NCBI GenBank assembly: GCA_965649115.1
Contig: CBFGJN010000039.1
Coordinates: forward strand, 1 to 18,295
DNA from: a candidate division WOR-3 bacterium
GTDB taxonomy: Bacteria; Hydrothermota; Hydrothermia; LBFQ01; DSFT01
Length of the DNA stretch: 18,295 nucleotides
Reading direction: 5' to 3'
Shown: one piece after another, positions 1 through 9,355 of the stretch
Layout of the letters: each line of letters opens with the position of its first letter
Numbering within the stretch: position 1 is the first letter of the stretch
Notes under the pieces: model-generated
The model's database searches: none
Told to the model about the DNA's origin: nothing
What the model saw: the letters and a program-made list of their open reading frames with translations, nothing else
Translations under genes and position numbers: made by a program

Positions 1-119
1 GAATAGTTTTTATAGTTATAGTAATTTGGCTGATTGAGGGGTTGATATGGGAGGGGATGAGTTAAAATATAGTGGGGGTATCCATAGGGAAGGTAGAGGG
101 GGAATTATTGGACAAGGCA
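1..119 (+). mobile_element. Degenerate partial copy of the intergenic MITE-like repeat (right end)
   Basis: Ends in GAATTATTGGACAAGGCA (102-119), matching the right terminus of other copies (e.g. GAATTTTTGGACACAGCA ending 4183). The G-rich interior loosely resembles the internal segments of full copies. Confidence 0.7.
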
Positions 120-138
120 GACAAAGAAGCATTTTATC

Positions 139-150
139 CTTTAAAATTTT
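139..150 (+). promoter_or_regulatory. Putative -10 element CTTTAAAATTTT of a leaderless transcript
   Basis: TAAAAT at 142-147, 7 nt before ATG 155. The same motif recurs before six other transcription-unit starts. Confidence 0.65.
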
Positions 151-154
151 CACT

Positions 155-427
155 ATGCGTAGGATTGATCTTATTAGGAAGGTTTCTGCAAGGACAGGCA
201 TACCTCAAAGAGATGTTTCCCTTGTAGTAGATGCATTGTTTGAAGAAATGAAAAATTCATTAGCAAATAAAGAGGAAATACAAATAAGGGGATTTGGTAG
301 TTTTAGAGTAGTTAAGATGAAGCCAAGAAAAGCAAGGATAATAAAAACAGGGCAAGAAATAATAATTCCTCAAAGGTTTACAGTTAAATTTAAACCATCT
401 AAAAATTTATCTATAAAAGGAGGTTAG
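155..427 (+). CDS. HU/IHF family DNA-binding protein (90 aa; start ATG 155 rather than 47)
   Basis: MRRIDLIRKVS...IQIRGFGSF...KTGQEIIIP...VKFKPSKNL is the HU/IHF signature. The upstream extension lies within the repeat remnant. Confidence 0.92.
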   Translation: MRRIDLIRKVSARTGIPQRDVSLVVDALFEEMKNSLANKEEIQIRGFGSFRVVKMKPRKARIIKTGQEIIIPQRFTVKFKPSKNLSIKGG

Positions 428-431
428 AATT

Positions 432-524
432 ATGCCTTGCGGGAGGAAGAGAAAATTAAAGAAAATAAAGAGACATAAGTTTAAGAAGAGAAGAAAGAAG
501 ATGAGACATAAAAAGAAAAAGTGA
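432..524 (+). CDS. 30-aa basic protein, AURKAIP1/COX24 (bS22/mS38-like) small ribosomal protein family
   Basis: Reads MPCGRKRKLKKIKRHKFKKRRKKMRHKKKK*. It fills the HU-wecB gap exactly and its TGA overlaps the wecB GTG (GTGA). Too short for the ORF track. Confidence 0.85.
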   Translation: MPCGRKRKLKKIKRHKFKKRRKKMRHKKKK

Positions 525-1600
525 AAATTTTTTTTATAGTTGGTGCAAGGCCAAATTTTGTAAAATTAAATCCAGTATATAAAACATTTTCAAAAGAATT
601 TAAGGATTTAAAAATTGTTCATACAGGACAACATTATGATTATGAATTGGATAAAGTTTTTTTTGAAGATTTTGAAATACCTAATCCTGATTACTATTTA
701 AATGTTGGTTCTGATACTCATGCTAAACAAACTGCAAAAATCATGATCAAATTGGATGAATTATTTGAGCAAGATAAACCTGATTGGATATTTGTTTTTG
801 GAGATGTTAATTCCACAATTTCTGCAAGTTTGACAGCAATAAAAAGAAATATAAGAATTGCTCATGTTGAGGCCGGTTTAAGAAGTTTTGACTTATCAAT
901 GCCTGAAGAAGTAAATAGAATTTTGACAGATAGAATATCAAACGTCCATTTCGTTAGTGAACCCTCTGGTGTTTCAAATTTATTAAAAGAAGGAATTAAT
1001 TTAAATTCCATATATCTTGTAGGGAATACCATGATTGAGAGTTTAATAGGTGTTTTGAAAATTGTAGATAATAGGTTTAACAATTTAAGTGAAAAATTTA
1101 AAATAAAAGAAAAGAATTATGCTGTTTTGACTCTTCATAGACCATCAAATGTTGATAATTTTGAAAAATTAAAGGAAATAATGGGTATAATTGAGGAAAT
1201 TTCAAGTCATATAAAAATTATTTTTCCTGCTCACCCTAGAACACTTAAAAACCTACAATCATTTAATTTTAAAAATATCTTAATTACAAAACCTTTAAGA
1301 TATTTAGATTTTATTTCGTTATTGAAATTTTCAAAGTTTGTTCTTACAGATTCGGGAGGAATTCAAGAAGAGACAACTTATCTTAAAATTCCATGTTTAA
1401 CGCTTAGAGAAAATACAGAAAGACCAATTACAATTGAAAAAGGAACAAATGTTCTTGTTGGAACAAATAAAGAAAAAATCATTTATTATTTCAACGAAAT
1501 TATGAATAATAAATTTAAAAATGGGACTGATATTGAATTTTGGGACAATTTAGTTTCTAAAAGAATTTTAAATTCTTTTATAGGACACTGTGCCCAATAA
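521..1600 (+). CDS. wecB: UDP-N-acetylglucosamine 2-epimerase (non-hydrolysing)
   Basis: Motifs GARPNFVK, HTGQHYD, GDVNST, HVEAGLRS, MPEEVNR, TDSGGIQEE, RENTERP. Confidence 0.95.
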   Translation: MKIFFIVGARPNFVKLNPVYKTFSKEFKDLKIVHTGQHYDYELDKVFFEDFEIPNPDYYLNVGSDTHAKQTAKIMIKLDELFEQDKPDWIFVFGDVNSTISASLTAIKRNIRIAHVEAGLRSFDLSMPEEVNRILTDRISNVHFVSEPSGVSNLLKEGINLNSIYLVGNTMIESLIGVLKIVDNRFNNLSEKFKIKEKNYAVLTLHRPSNVDNFEKLKEIMGIIEEISSHIKIIFPAHPRTLKNLQSFNFKNILITKPLRYLDFISLLKFSKFVLTDSGGIQEETTYLKIPCLTLRENTERPITIEKGTNVLVGTNKEKIIYYFNEIMNNKFKNGTDIEFWDNLVSKRILNSFIGHCAQ

Positions 1601-1686
1601 ACAGTTCTAAGTGCTTGATAATCAGTACCAAAAGATTGGGTATTTATAATCGGAAGGATTAATATCAGGGTGGTTGGGACACACCA
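1586..1686 (+). mobile_element. Degenerate, internally deleted MITE copy
   Basis: Left end CACTGTGCCCAATAA, right end TGGGACACACCA. Retains an IHF-like site (1608-1620) and hairpin TAATCGGAAGGATTA. Confidence 0.7.
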
Positions 1687-1694
1687 ATAAAATT

Positions 1695-1796
1695 TGCTTT
1701 GTCCAAAATATGAGCATTTTTAAGCCGAGGGCTTAATTATAGGGTGGGTGGGAAAAATAAGAAAAATAAATGTTTCCAGAATTATCAGACACACTA
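1695..1796 (+). mobile_element. Internally deleted MITE copy
   Basis: Left TIR TGCTTTGTCCAAAA, hairpin TAAGCCGAGGGCTTA, AGGGTGGGTGGGAAAAAT, degenerate right end TTCCAGAATTATCAGACACACTA. Confidence 0.8.
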
Positions 1797-1813
1797 AAGC
1801 CATTTATCAAACT

Positions 1814-1827
1814 TGCTTTAAAATTTT
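1814..1827 (+). promoter_or_regulatory. Putative -10 element TGCTTTAAAATTTT
   Basis: TAAAAT 1819-1824; recurring motif, 27 nt upstream of ATG 1852. Confidence 0.55.
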
Positions 1828-1851
1828 CAAGGTTTTGTTTGTAAAAAGTGA

Positions 1852-3213
1852 ATGTTAGATACGAAATTTTTAACAAAGTTTCAAGTTTCATCTTTTAAGT
1901 ATATATTTTCAATGCTTTTATCTGATATCTTGGCTATTGCTATTTCAATAAGTGTTGCTTTTATCTTAAAATTTGGAGGTTCTTATTTTGAATTTCAAAA
2001 CCGAATAAAAGAAATTCTAATTATAGCATTTTTTATAATAACGATTTTCTTTATAAAACGTTTGTACACCCAAAGGAGATTATTTTATGAAGAAAGTAAG
2101 GATATTATAGAAGGCTTATTTTATTCATTTGTTCTTATTTTTAGTATTTATGCTATGACTAAAACGAAACCCGATTTTTCAAGATTATTTCTTGGTTATT
2201 CAATAATGTTTTCTGCTTTCTTTATCCCTTTATTTAGGTTTGTCACTAAACGTGTTTTGAATGGTTATTTAAAGGAAAAAATTTTAATTATTGAAGGTCC
2301 TGATAGTGATAAAATTTATGATTTTTTTAAGAAGGAGTGGTATTTAGCTTATGAACCTGTTGGCGTCGTAAAATTTTCAGAGGTTGAAAAATATAAAGGT
2401 GAAATTTTTAATGTTGTTATTCCAAGATTGCCATTTCTAAATGAGTTTTATAATGAAATATCAAATTTATCTTTGAAATTTAAGAGAATATTTTATGTTC
2501 CTGATATTTCTGGACTCTCATTTACAAACCAAATATTACATTTCTCAATAGCTCAGAATTTACCCATTTTTGAAACTTCAACTAAGTTTGACTCACAAAT
2601 AAACAGAATTGTTAAGCGAACATTTGATATTTTATTTTCATTATTAGTTATTATCGTTCTTCTTCCAGTATATATTATTATTGCTGTTTTAGTTAAAATT
2701 TCTTCAAAAGGTCCAATTTTTTATAAACACAAAAGGATAGGCAAAGATGGGAAATGTATTGAAATATATAAATTTAGGACAATGTACGAAAATGCAGATG
2801 AAATGCTTAAAAAAATTCTTGAAAATGATGAAAATCTTAGGAAAGAGTGGGAAAATTATTATAAATTGAAAAATGACCCAAGAATAACACCAATAGGTAA
2901 AATTTTAAGGAAGTTTTCATTAGACGAATTACCTCAATTTTTAAATGTCCTAAAAGGAGACCTTTCCGTCGTTGGACCAAGACCTGTTGTTAAGGATGAA
3001 CTTGAAAGATATTATGGAGATTTTAAGAAGTTTTATCTTGTTGTGAAACCTGGTATTACAGGATTATGGCAGGTTAGTGGAAGAAGTAATACAACATATG
3101 AAGATAGAGTTAAACTTGATACGATATATGTAATAAATTGGTCATTGTGGCTTGATATAATTATTATTTTAAAAACAATAAAAGTCATGATTAAAAAAGA
3201 GGGAGCTTATTAA
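1852..3213 (+). CDS. Undecaprenyl-phosphate sugar phosphotransferase (WbaP/WcaJ family)
   Basis: N-terminal TM helices plus C-terminal KRTFDI, YKFRTM, DPRITPIGKILRKFSLDELPQFLNVLKGDLSVVGPRP, KPGITGLWQVSGRS. Confidence 0.93.
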   Translation: MLDTKFLTKFQVSSFKYIFSMLLSDILAIAISISVAFILKFGGSYFEFQNRIKEILIIAFFIITIFFIKRLYTQRRLFYEESKDIIEGLFYSFVLIFSIYAMTKTKPDFSRLFLGYSIMFSAFFIPLFRFVTKRVLNGYLKEKILIIEGPDSDKIYDFFKKEWYLAYEPVGVVKFSEVEKYKGEIFNVVIPRLPFLNEFYNEISNLSLKFKRIFYVPDISGLSFTNQILHFSIAQNLPIFETSTKFDSQINRIVKRTFDILFSLLVIIVLLPVYIIIAVLVKISSKGPIFYKHKRIGKDGKCIEIYKFRTMYENADEMLKKILENDENLRKEWENYYKLKNDPRITPIGKILRKFSLDELPQFLNVLKGDLSVVGPRPVVKDELERYYGDFKKFYLVVKPGITGLWQVSGRSNTTYEDRVKLDTIYVINWSLWLDIIIILKTIKVMIKKEGAY

Positions 3214-3221
3214 GTTTTGAA

Positions 3222-3896
3222 ATGTTTTATTTTTATAAAATTATAAAGGGTTTAGTTTTTCCTCCTGGAATTTTTATTTTAATTTTTCTATTGAATTTTT
3301 TCATTATCAAAAATAAAATTTTAAGGATTATAAATTTTTTATGTGCTTTGATTTTATATGTTTTTTCAATTTCACCAACTACTGATTTTTTAAAAGAATT
3401 TTTAAAGGTAAAAAGTAATAGTAATTTTCAAAAACCGGATGTAATTTTTGTACTTGGTGCTGGACTTTCTGATGAAAGTATTTCAAGAATTGTAAAGGCA
3501 TATGAATTATACAAAATTTATAATGTTCCTATTGTTATATCAGGTTATAAAGTTGAAGCAAAAATGATGAAAAGCAAGTTGTTAATGTTTTCAATTTCAG
3601 ATAGTATGTTAATTTTAGATAGTTTGTCAAGAAACACTTATGAAAATGTTCGTAATTTCATTAAAATCGCAAAAATTAAAAATTTTAAAAATGTGATTGT
3701 TGTTAGTTCGGATTATCATTTAAAAAGAATTGAAAAAATTTTTAAGAATTCAGATTTTAATATAAAATATATTTCATCTAACCAAGTTGATTGGACAGCT
3801 AAAACAATTCTTGATATTGTTCCATCTTATGCTTCTTTTAGTAGGAATATTCGTTATTTAAATGAAATTTTAGGTTATTTTTTGCTTTTCCAATGA
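3222..3896 (+). CDS. YdcF/ElyC-like (DUF218) envelope protein
   Basis: N-terminal TM segments with PPG, VLGAG, SRNTYEN, VSSDYHLKR and terminal EILG. Confidence 0.85.
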   Translation: MFYFYKIIKGLVFPPGIFILIFLLNFFIIKNKILRIINFLCALILYVFSISPTTDFLKEFLKVKSNSNFQKPDVIFVLGAGLSDESISRIVKAYELYKIYNVPIVISGYKVEAKMMKSKLLMFSISDSMLILDSLSRNTYENVRNFIKIAKIKNFKNVIVVSSDYHLKRIEKIFKNSDFNIKYISSNQVDWTAKTILDIVPSYASFSRNIRYLNEILGYFLLFQ

Positions 3897-4015
3897 AAAA
3901 CTCATTAAGACTGATGTTAAGTTGCTCAAATTATTGATTTAATAGGGAGGCTATGCTTTCCAAAAGCAAAAGTTGGGGTATTTTAAAGCGGAAGGCTTAA
4001 TTACTAGACAAGGCA
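3883..4015 (+). mobile_element. Degenerate MITE copy (distal member of tandem pair)
   Basis: Left end TGCTTTTCCAATG, internal GGGTATTTTAAAGCGGAAGGCTTAA, right end ATTACTAGACAAGGCA. Confidence 0.7.
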
Positions 4016-4024
4016 ATTTTCTAC

Positions 4025-4183
4025 TGCTTTGTCCAATAATTATTGTTAAATCCTTGATTATCAATAACTTATAAAAGCTTTGAGGAAATTATAGATTTAA
4101 ACGGGTATTTATAAGCCGAAGGCTTTTATTTAGGGTGGGAAAATAAAGAAAAATAAATAATTCCAGAATTTTTGGACACAGCA
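4025..4183 (+). mobile_element. MITE copy with perfect 9-bp target-site duplication
   Basis: TIRs TGCTTTGTCCAATAAT / ATTTTTGGACACAGCA, flanked by ATTTTCTAC at 4016-4024 and 4184-4192. Confidence 0.9.
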
Positions 4184-4192
4184 ATTTTCTAC

Positions 4193-4206
4193 TGCTTTAA
4201 AATTTT
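4193..4206 (+). promoter_or_regulatory. Putative -10 element TGCTTTAAAATTTT of leaderless nuoA
   Basis: TAAAAT 4198-4203, 8 nt before ATG 4212; no Shine-Dalgarno. Confidence 0.65.
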
Positions 4207-4211
4207 GAACT

Positions 4212-4568
4212 ATGGAAATTTATCTTAAACTCTTTCTAATGTTAATTTTTTCCCTACTAATACCTATCGGAATGATATTTTTACAAAAGCTCCTTTCACC
4301 AAAGCCTTCCGATTATGGTGATAAATTAAAGCCTTATGAATCAGGAGAGGTGCCTATAACTGATGCTTGGATAAGATATCCAATAAGATTTTATATTATT
4401 GCTTTTCTATTTCTTCTGTTTGATATTGAAACTGCTTTTATATTTCCCTTTGCTGTTGTTTTTAAGAAACTTGGACTATTCGTAATTATTGAAACGTTTA
4501 TTTTTATTTTTGTTCTACTTATAGGATGGCTTTATTTGTATAGGAAAAAAGCTTATAAATGGGAGTAA
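4212..4568 (+). CDS. nuoA: NADH-quinone oxidoreductase subunit A
   Basis: KLKPYESGE, RFYIIAFLFLLFDIETAFIFP, three TM helices, C-terminal WE. Confidence 0.93.
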   Translation: MEIYLKLFLMLIFSLLIPIGMIFLQKLLSPKPSDYGDKLKPYESGEVPITDAWIRYPIRFYIIAFLFLLFDIETAFIFPFAVVFKKLGLFVIIETFIFIFVLLIGWLYLYRKKAYKWE

Positions 4569-4574
4569 TTAAAT

Positions 4575-5162
4575 ATGGCAAAACTTAAAATTATAAATAA
4601 AGATGGTGTAAATGTTAAAGTTTTGGAGCAAATCCATCAGAAGGAAAACAATACTTCTATTCTTGAAGATTTAATTTTTAAATTTGAGAAATTTCCTGGT
4701 GGTGAAATTTTAATTACTTCAACTTCATTATTATTAAATTGGGCAAAGGCAAAAAGTGCTTGGGGATTGACATTTGGGCTTGCATGTTGTGCTATTGAAC
4801 TTATGGCAACGTATGGTCCCGAGTTTGATGCAGAAAGGATTGGTTCAATATTGAGAGCAACTCCAAGACAAGCAGATTTGATGATTGTTGCAGGAACAGT
4901 TACAATAAAAATGGCACCAAGATTAAGAAGACTTTATGAACAAATGCCAAATCCAAAGTGGGTTATTGCTATGGGGAGTTGTGCTATAAGTGGAGATCAT
5001 TATAGAAATGTTTATTCAGTTGTTCCTGGTGTTGATCAAGTGGTTCCTGTTGATGTTTATGTTCCTGGTTGTCCTCCAACACCTGATGCTTTATTAAATG
5101 GTATTATGAAATTGGCTGAAAAAATTGAATTGGAATATAAACAAAGAAGGGGGAAAATTTGA
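4575..5162 (+). CDS. nuoB: NADH-quinone oxidoreductase subunit B
   Basis: [49 protein letters not shown]. Confidence 0.95.
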   Translation: MAKLKIINKDGVNVKVLEQIHQKENNTSILEDLIFKFEKFPGGEILITSTSLLLNWAKAKSAWGLTFGLACCAIELMATYGPEFDAERIGSILRATPRQADLMIVAGTVTIKMAPRLRRLYEQMPNPKWVIAMGSCAISGDHYRNVYSVVPGVDQVVPVDVYVPGCPPTPDALLNGIMKLAEKIELEYKQRRGKI

Positions 5163-5671
5163 AATTAAAAACAAATAAAGTTTGGACATATAAAGATTTT
5201 TTAGAAGGTAAGTTAAAGGAATGGGAGGAGATTGTTGATGGAAAAAGGGTTAAAAAGATGCCTGCTTATAAAAGACATGGTAGTTTAAATGCTGAAATTG
5301 TAAGTAATTTGTCAGATATAAAAAGGAATTACAAAATTCTTTCAGGAGAAGTTGCTATTAAGATAGATGAAAAAACAATAAGGGCAACAGATATTGCTAT
5401 TGTTAGAAAAGATATTTATGAAAACAATTTTGGGGCTTTGGATTGTGAAATTGAATTAGTTATTGAGATAGAGGAGGGTCAATTAAAGAGGAGATATATA
5501 AATAAGAAGATAGATGATTATTTAAAATTTGGTATTAAGAGGCAAATATGGATATTTCTTGACAAGGAAGAAGTTTGGGATATTGATAATTTAGGGGATA
5601 AAAAAGTTTTAAGCTTTGATGATGAGATTGATATTTTTGGTGTTAAAATTAAATTAAGGAATTTGATATGA
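5159..5671 (+). CDS. Uma2 (DUF820) family PD-(D/E)XK endonuclease-like protein, copy 1
   Basis: EIVDG..MP...[28 protein letters not shown] pattern. TTG start overlaps the nuoB stop. Confidence 0.8.
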   Translation: MKLKTNKVWTYKDFLEGKLKEWEEIVDGKRVKKMPAYKRHGSLNAEIVSNLSDIKRNYKILSGEVAIKIDEKTIRATDIAIVRKDIYENNFGALDCEIELVIEIEEGQLKRRYINKKIDDYLKFGIKRQIWIFLDKEEVWDIDNLGDKKVLSFDDEIDIFGVKIKLRNLI

Positions 5672-6183
5672 AGACGAAGACAAAGAAAGTTTGGACATAT
5701 AAAGACTTTTTAGAAGGTAAGTTAAAGGAATGGGAGGAGATTGTTAATGGAAAAAGGATTAAAAAGATGCCTGCTTATAAAAGACATGGTAAGCTTTTAA
5801 ACAAAATTTCAAATGTTCTAACTGAGAAATTAGAAAATGAATTTGAAATTCTTGTTGGAGAAATAGCAATAAAGATAGATGATTATAATATAAGGGCTGC
5901 TGATATTGTTTTAATAAAAAGGGAGAATTATAAAGATGATTTTGAAGCTGTCAAAGAAGTTCCCGATTTAATTATTGAAATAGAAGATAGCAAAAAATCA
6001 ATTCGCTATATTAAAAGGAAAATTTCTGATTATTTAAAATTTGGTATTAAGAGGCAGATATGGATATTTCTTGATAAAGAAGAAATTTGGGATATTGATA
6101 ATTTGGGCAATAAAAAAGTTTTAAGCTTTGATGATGAAATTGATATTTTTGGTGTTAAGTTTAAAATAAAGAATTTATTATGA
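5668..6183 (+). CDS. Uma2 (DUF820) family PD-(D/E)XK endonuclease-like protein, copy 2
   Basis: EIVNG..MP...HG, RAADIVLI, PDLIIEI, KISDYLKFGI; tandem paralog of the previous gene. Confidence 0.82.
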   Translation: MKTKTKKVWTYKDFLEGKLKEWEEIVNGKRIKKMPAYKRHGKLLNKISNVLTEKLENEFEILVGEIAIKIDDYNIRAADIVLIKRENYKDDFEAVKEVPDLIIEIEDSKKSIRYIKRKISDYLKFGIKRQIWIFLDKEEIWDIDNLGNKKVLSFDDEIDIFGVKFKIKNLL

Positions 6184-6857
6184 CAATTGATATTATTAGT
6201 GCTGTTATTAGAATTTTTGATAGTTTTTTAGAATTTGGACCTGTTAAGAAAGCAATTGAAAAGAATGTTCTAAAATTGAGATTTTTTAATTTAGTTGATT
6301 TTGCGAAGCATCCAAAAGATATTGATGATTATCCCTATGGTGGGGGTAGTGGAATGGTTATGAAAATTGAACCTATTTATAATGCTTTAATGAAAGCAAA
6401 AGAAGGTTTTTATGAAAATTATGTAATTTTATTATCACCGCAAGGAAAATTATTAAATCAGAAGAAAATTAGGGAGCTTTTGAGAAAAAAACACTTAATT
6501 TTAATTTGTGGAAGATATAAAGGTATAGATGCAAGAATTGAATTTTTCATAGATGAAGAAATATCCATCGGTGATTATATTTTATCAGGTGGGGAGATTG
6601 CTGCTATGGTTTTGATAGATGCTATTTCAAGATTATTGCCCGGTGCAGTTAATGATCCCAATTCAGTTGAAACTGATTCATTTGAAGATGGATTGTTGGA
6701 TGCCCCTTATTATACAAGACCTGTTGATTTTATGGGTTATAAAGTTCCAGATGTTTTATTAAGTGGTGATCATAAAAAAATTGAAGAGTGGAGAAAACAA
6801 GAAAGAATTAAAAGAACCTTACAAAAAAGGCCAGATTTATTAAATAAAAAAGAATGA
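6180..6857 (+). CDS. trmD: tRNA (guanine37-N1)-methyltransferase
   Basis: DDYPYGGGSGMVM, LSPQG, LICGRYKGIDAR, SIGDYILSGGE, YTRP, VPDVLLSGDH. Confidence 0.96.
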   Translation: MTIDIISAVIRIFDSFLEFGPVKKAIEKNVLKLRFFNLVDFAKHPKDIDDYPYGGGSGMVMKIEPIYNALMKAKEGFYENYVILLSPQGKLLNQKKIRELLRKKHLILICGRYKGIDARIEFFIDEEISIGDYILSGGEIAAMVLIDAISRLLPGAVNDPNSVETDSFEDGLLDAPYYTRPVDFMGYKVPDVLLSGDHKKIEEWRKQERIKRTLQKRPDLLNKKE

Positions 6858-7612
6858 CTATTCCTATTCTTTGCTATCACAATATAAGTAGAGCACCATA
6901 CTTTGGTGTTAAGAAAAGAAGCTTACATACAACACCTTTAAATTTTTATTTGCAAATGAAACTCCTTTCTATTCTTGGATATAAAGGACTTTCAATCTCT
7001 GATGCTTGGGATTACTTAATTGGTAATAAGTTTGGAAAAGTTGTTGTTTTAACATTTGATGATGGATATTATGATAACTTCAAAAATGCTTTAAAAATTC
7101 TAAAAAAATTTAATTTCACCGCTACCTTATTTGTTGTAAGTGATTTAATTGGAAGCTATAATAAGTGGTACTATAAAGAAGCTAATATGATTAAGAGGCT
7201 TATGAATGAGGATGAAATTGAAATTTGGTTAAATAATGGTATGGAAATAGGTAGTCATACAAGAACTCATCCAATTTTAACAGAATTAGATGAAGACAAA
7301 TTAATAGATGAAGTGTTTTTAAGTAAAGAGATTCTTGAAAGAAAATTTAAGGTAAAAATTAGGCATTTTTGTTATCCTTATGGTAAATATAATGATTTGG
7401 TTGTTAATTATGTTAAAAAAGCAAATTATGAAAGTGCTTGGACACTTGATAGAGGAAGATTTAGGGTTGGAGATGATTTATTCAAAGGTAAGCGAATTAA
7501 TATCCCAAAAGATGCTAATATATTGAGATTTTATTTAAAGTTATTTACTGATTATGAGGATAAAAGAGCAAAAAATTTAGCTTCTCAAATACAAATAAAT
7601 CCTTCTTGCTAA
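6854..7612 (+). CDS. Polysaccharide deacetylase (NodB/CE4 family)
   Basis: IPILCYH, LTFDDGY, EIGSHTRTH, FCYPYG. Confidence 0.9.
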   Translation: MTIPILCYHNISRAPYFGVKKRSLHTTPLNFYLQMKLLSILGYKGLSISDAWDYLIGNKFGKVVVLTFDDGYYDNFKNALKILKKFNFTATLFVVSDLIGSYNKWYYKEANMIKRLMNEDEIEIWLNNGMEIGSHTRTHPILTELDEDKLIDEVFLSKEILERKFKVKIRHFCYPYGKYNDLVVNYVKKANYESAWTLDRGRFRVGDDLFKGKRINIPKDANILRFYLKLFTDYEDKRAKNLASQIQINPSC

Positions 7613-9355
7613 TTTTTCGCCAATACCAGGGACTTTTTTTAATTCTTCAATATCCGCTTTTTTAATTTTTTCAATACTTCCAAAATATCTTAAAAGTTCT
7701 AACTTCTTTTTATCCGAAAGTCCTGGAATTGTTTCAAGAATTGAACTTTTAATTTTTGGTTCTCTTAATTTTCTTTGATAAATTAAAGCAAATCTATGAG
7801 CTTCATTTCTAATATGTTGAAGTAATCTTAATGAAAATGAGTAAATTGGAAGACTTAAAATTCTACCATTTTCTAAAATAATCTCTTCATTTCTTTTTGC
7901 AAGACCTATTGCCTTTACATTTAAATTGAATTCTTTTAATACTTTAATAGCACTTCTAAGCTGACCAAGACCACCATCAATTAAAATTAAATCAGGAAGT
8001 TCTTTATTTTCATCTATTAATCTTCTTATTCTTCTTCTTAGAACCTCTTCAATTGCTTTATAATCATCTATTTTTCCTTCTTCAATTGTTTTAATTTTAT
8101 ATCTTCTATATTCTTTCTTATTTGGCTTACCGTTTATAAATACAACAACTGAACCAACTTTCCCCTCACCATAATAGTGAGATATATCAATTGCTTCAAT
8201 TCTTTCAAGTTTTTCTAATTTTAGAATTTTTTTCAACTCCTCAATACCTGGATGTTCTCTTTTCTTTGAAATATCGTTTATAAATTTCTTTAAATTTTCT
8301 TCTGCATTTTCAATTGCTATTTTGTATATTTTCATTTCATCACTTCTTGGTTTTCTTATTTCAATTTCTCTATCTGTTCTAAATTTAATAAGATTTTTAA
8401 AATCATTAATGAAATCTTTTGAAAAATCCCAATCAATTACAATAGCTCTTATATTCAAAAAGGCACTTTCATAGTGTCTCAATAAAAATTCTTCAATTGG
8501 TTCATTAATAGAATCCGTTATTATATAATCCTCCTTTCCTACGATTCTACCATTCCTCCAAACAATTTTAGATAAACTATAATAATCATTAGCCTTAGCA
8601 TAACCAATAAAGTCTCTATCTTCCGAACCATCAATCCAAACACCATTTGAACTACCAATCTCTAATATACTTCTCAAAGCATCTCTTAATTTAATTGCTT
8701 TCTCAAATTTGAGCTCACCAACAGCTTTATCAATTTCATCTCTTAAAAACTTTTCAACATTATAAGTATTACCTTTTAGTAATTCTATTGCCATATTAAC
8801 ACTTTTTTGATAATCTTCCAAACTAACTAACTTAGCACAAGGACCCAAACACCTTCCAATATGATATTCTATACAAACCTTATGAATTTTATTTGAAGGT
8901 AATTTTAAATGACAATTTCTTATCTTAAAAATTTCCCTTGTTATTGAAAGTAAATTTCTAACAAAACTTGGGTTTACAAATGGTCCAAAGTAAATTTTGT
9001 TTTGGTCACTATTATTTCTTGTTATTTCAATTCTTGGAACTTGTTCTTTTGTAATAGCGATATATGGATATGGTTGTCCTTTTAATCTAATGTTATAGGG
9101 TGGGTCGTACTTTTTAATTAGTGATAATTCTAAAAGCAAGGCAGATTTTTCATTATCTGTAATTATGTAGTCTAACTTATTTGCTTTTTGAAGCATCTCC
9201 AAAACTTTTGGATTATTTTTCTCATTTAAATAAGAGCTTAAACGATTTCTTAAATTATAAGCCTTACCAACATAAAGAACATCACTATCTTTTTTGAATA
9301 AATAAACGCCAGGTTTTTGAGGAATTTCATTTATAATCTCTTTTAAATTTATCAT
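7577..9355 (-). CDS. uvrC: Excinuclease ABC subunit C
   Basis: GIY-YIG ([18 protein letters not shown]), Cys cluster, UVR domain, RNase H-like ([28 protein letters not shown]), C-terminal HhH. Confidence 0.96.
   Translation of the reverse strand: MINLKEIINEIPQKPGVYLFKKDSDVLYVGKAYNLRNRLSSYLNEKNNPKVLEMLQKANKLDYIITDNEKSALLLELSLIKKYDPPYNIRLKGQPYPYIAITKEQVPRIEITRNNSDQNKIYFGPFVNPSFVRNLLSITREIFKIRNCHLKLPSNKIHKVCIEYHIGRCLGPCAKLVSLEDYQKSVNMAIELLKGNTYNVEKFLRDEIDKAVGELKFEKAIKLRDALRSILEIGSSNGVWIDGSEDRDFIGYAKANDYYSLSKIVWRNGRIVGKEDYIITDSINEPIEEFLLRHYESAFLNIRAIVIDWDFSKDFINDFKNLIKFRTDREIEIRKPRSDEMKIYKIAIENAEENLKKFINDISKKREHPGIEELKKILKLEKLERIEAIDISHYYGEGKVGSVVVFINGKPNKKEYRRYKIKTIEEGKIDDYKAIEEVLRRRIRRLIDENKELPDLILIDGGLGQLRSAIKVLKEFNLNVKAIGLAKRNEEIILENGRILSLPIYSFSLRLLQHIRNEAHRFALIYQRKLREPKIKSSILETIPGLSDKKKLELLRYFGSIEKIKKADIEELKKVPGIGEKLARRIYLYLRS

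Noticed and set aside
47..154. N-terminal extension of the HU ORF
   Set aside because: Lies in the repeat remnant and promoter; family homology starts at ATG 155.
16..201. 61-aa minus-strand ORF
   Set aside because: Antisense to HU and the repeat remnant; Pro-rich sequence simply reflects G-runs on the other strand.
862..1083. 73-aa minus-strand ORF
   Set aside because: Shadow ORF wholly within wecB.
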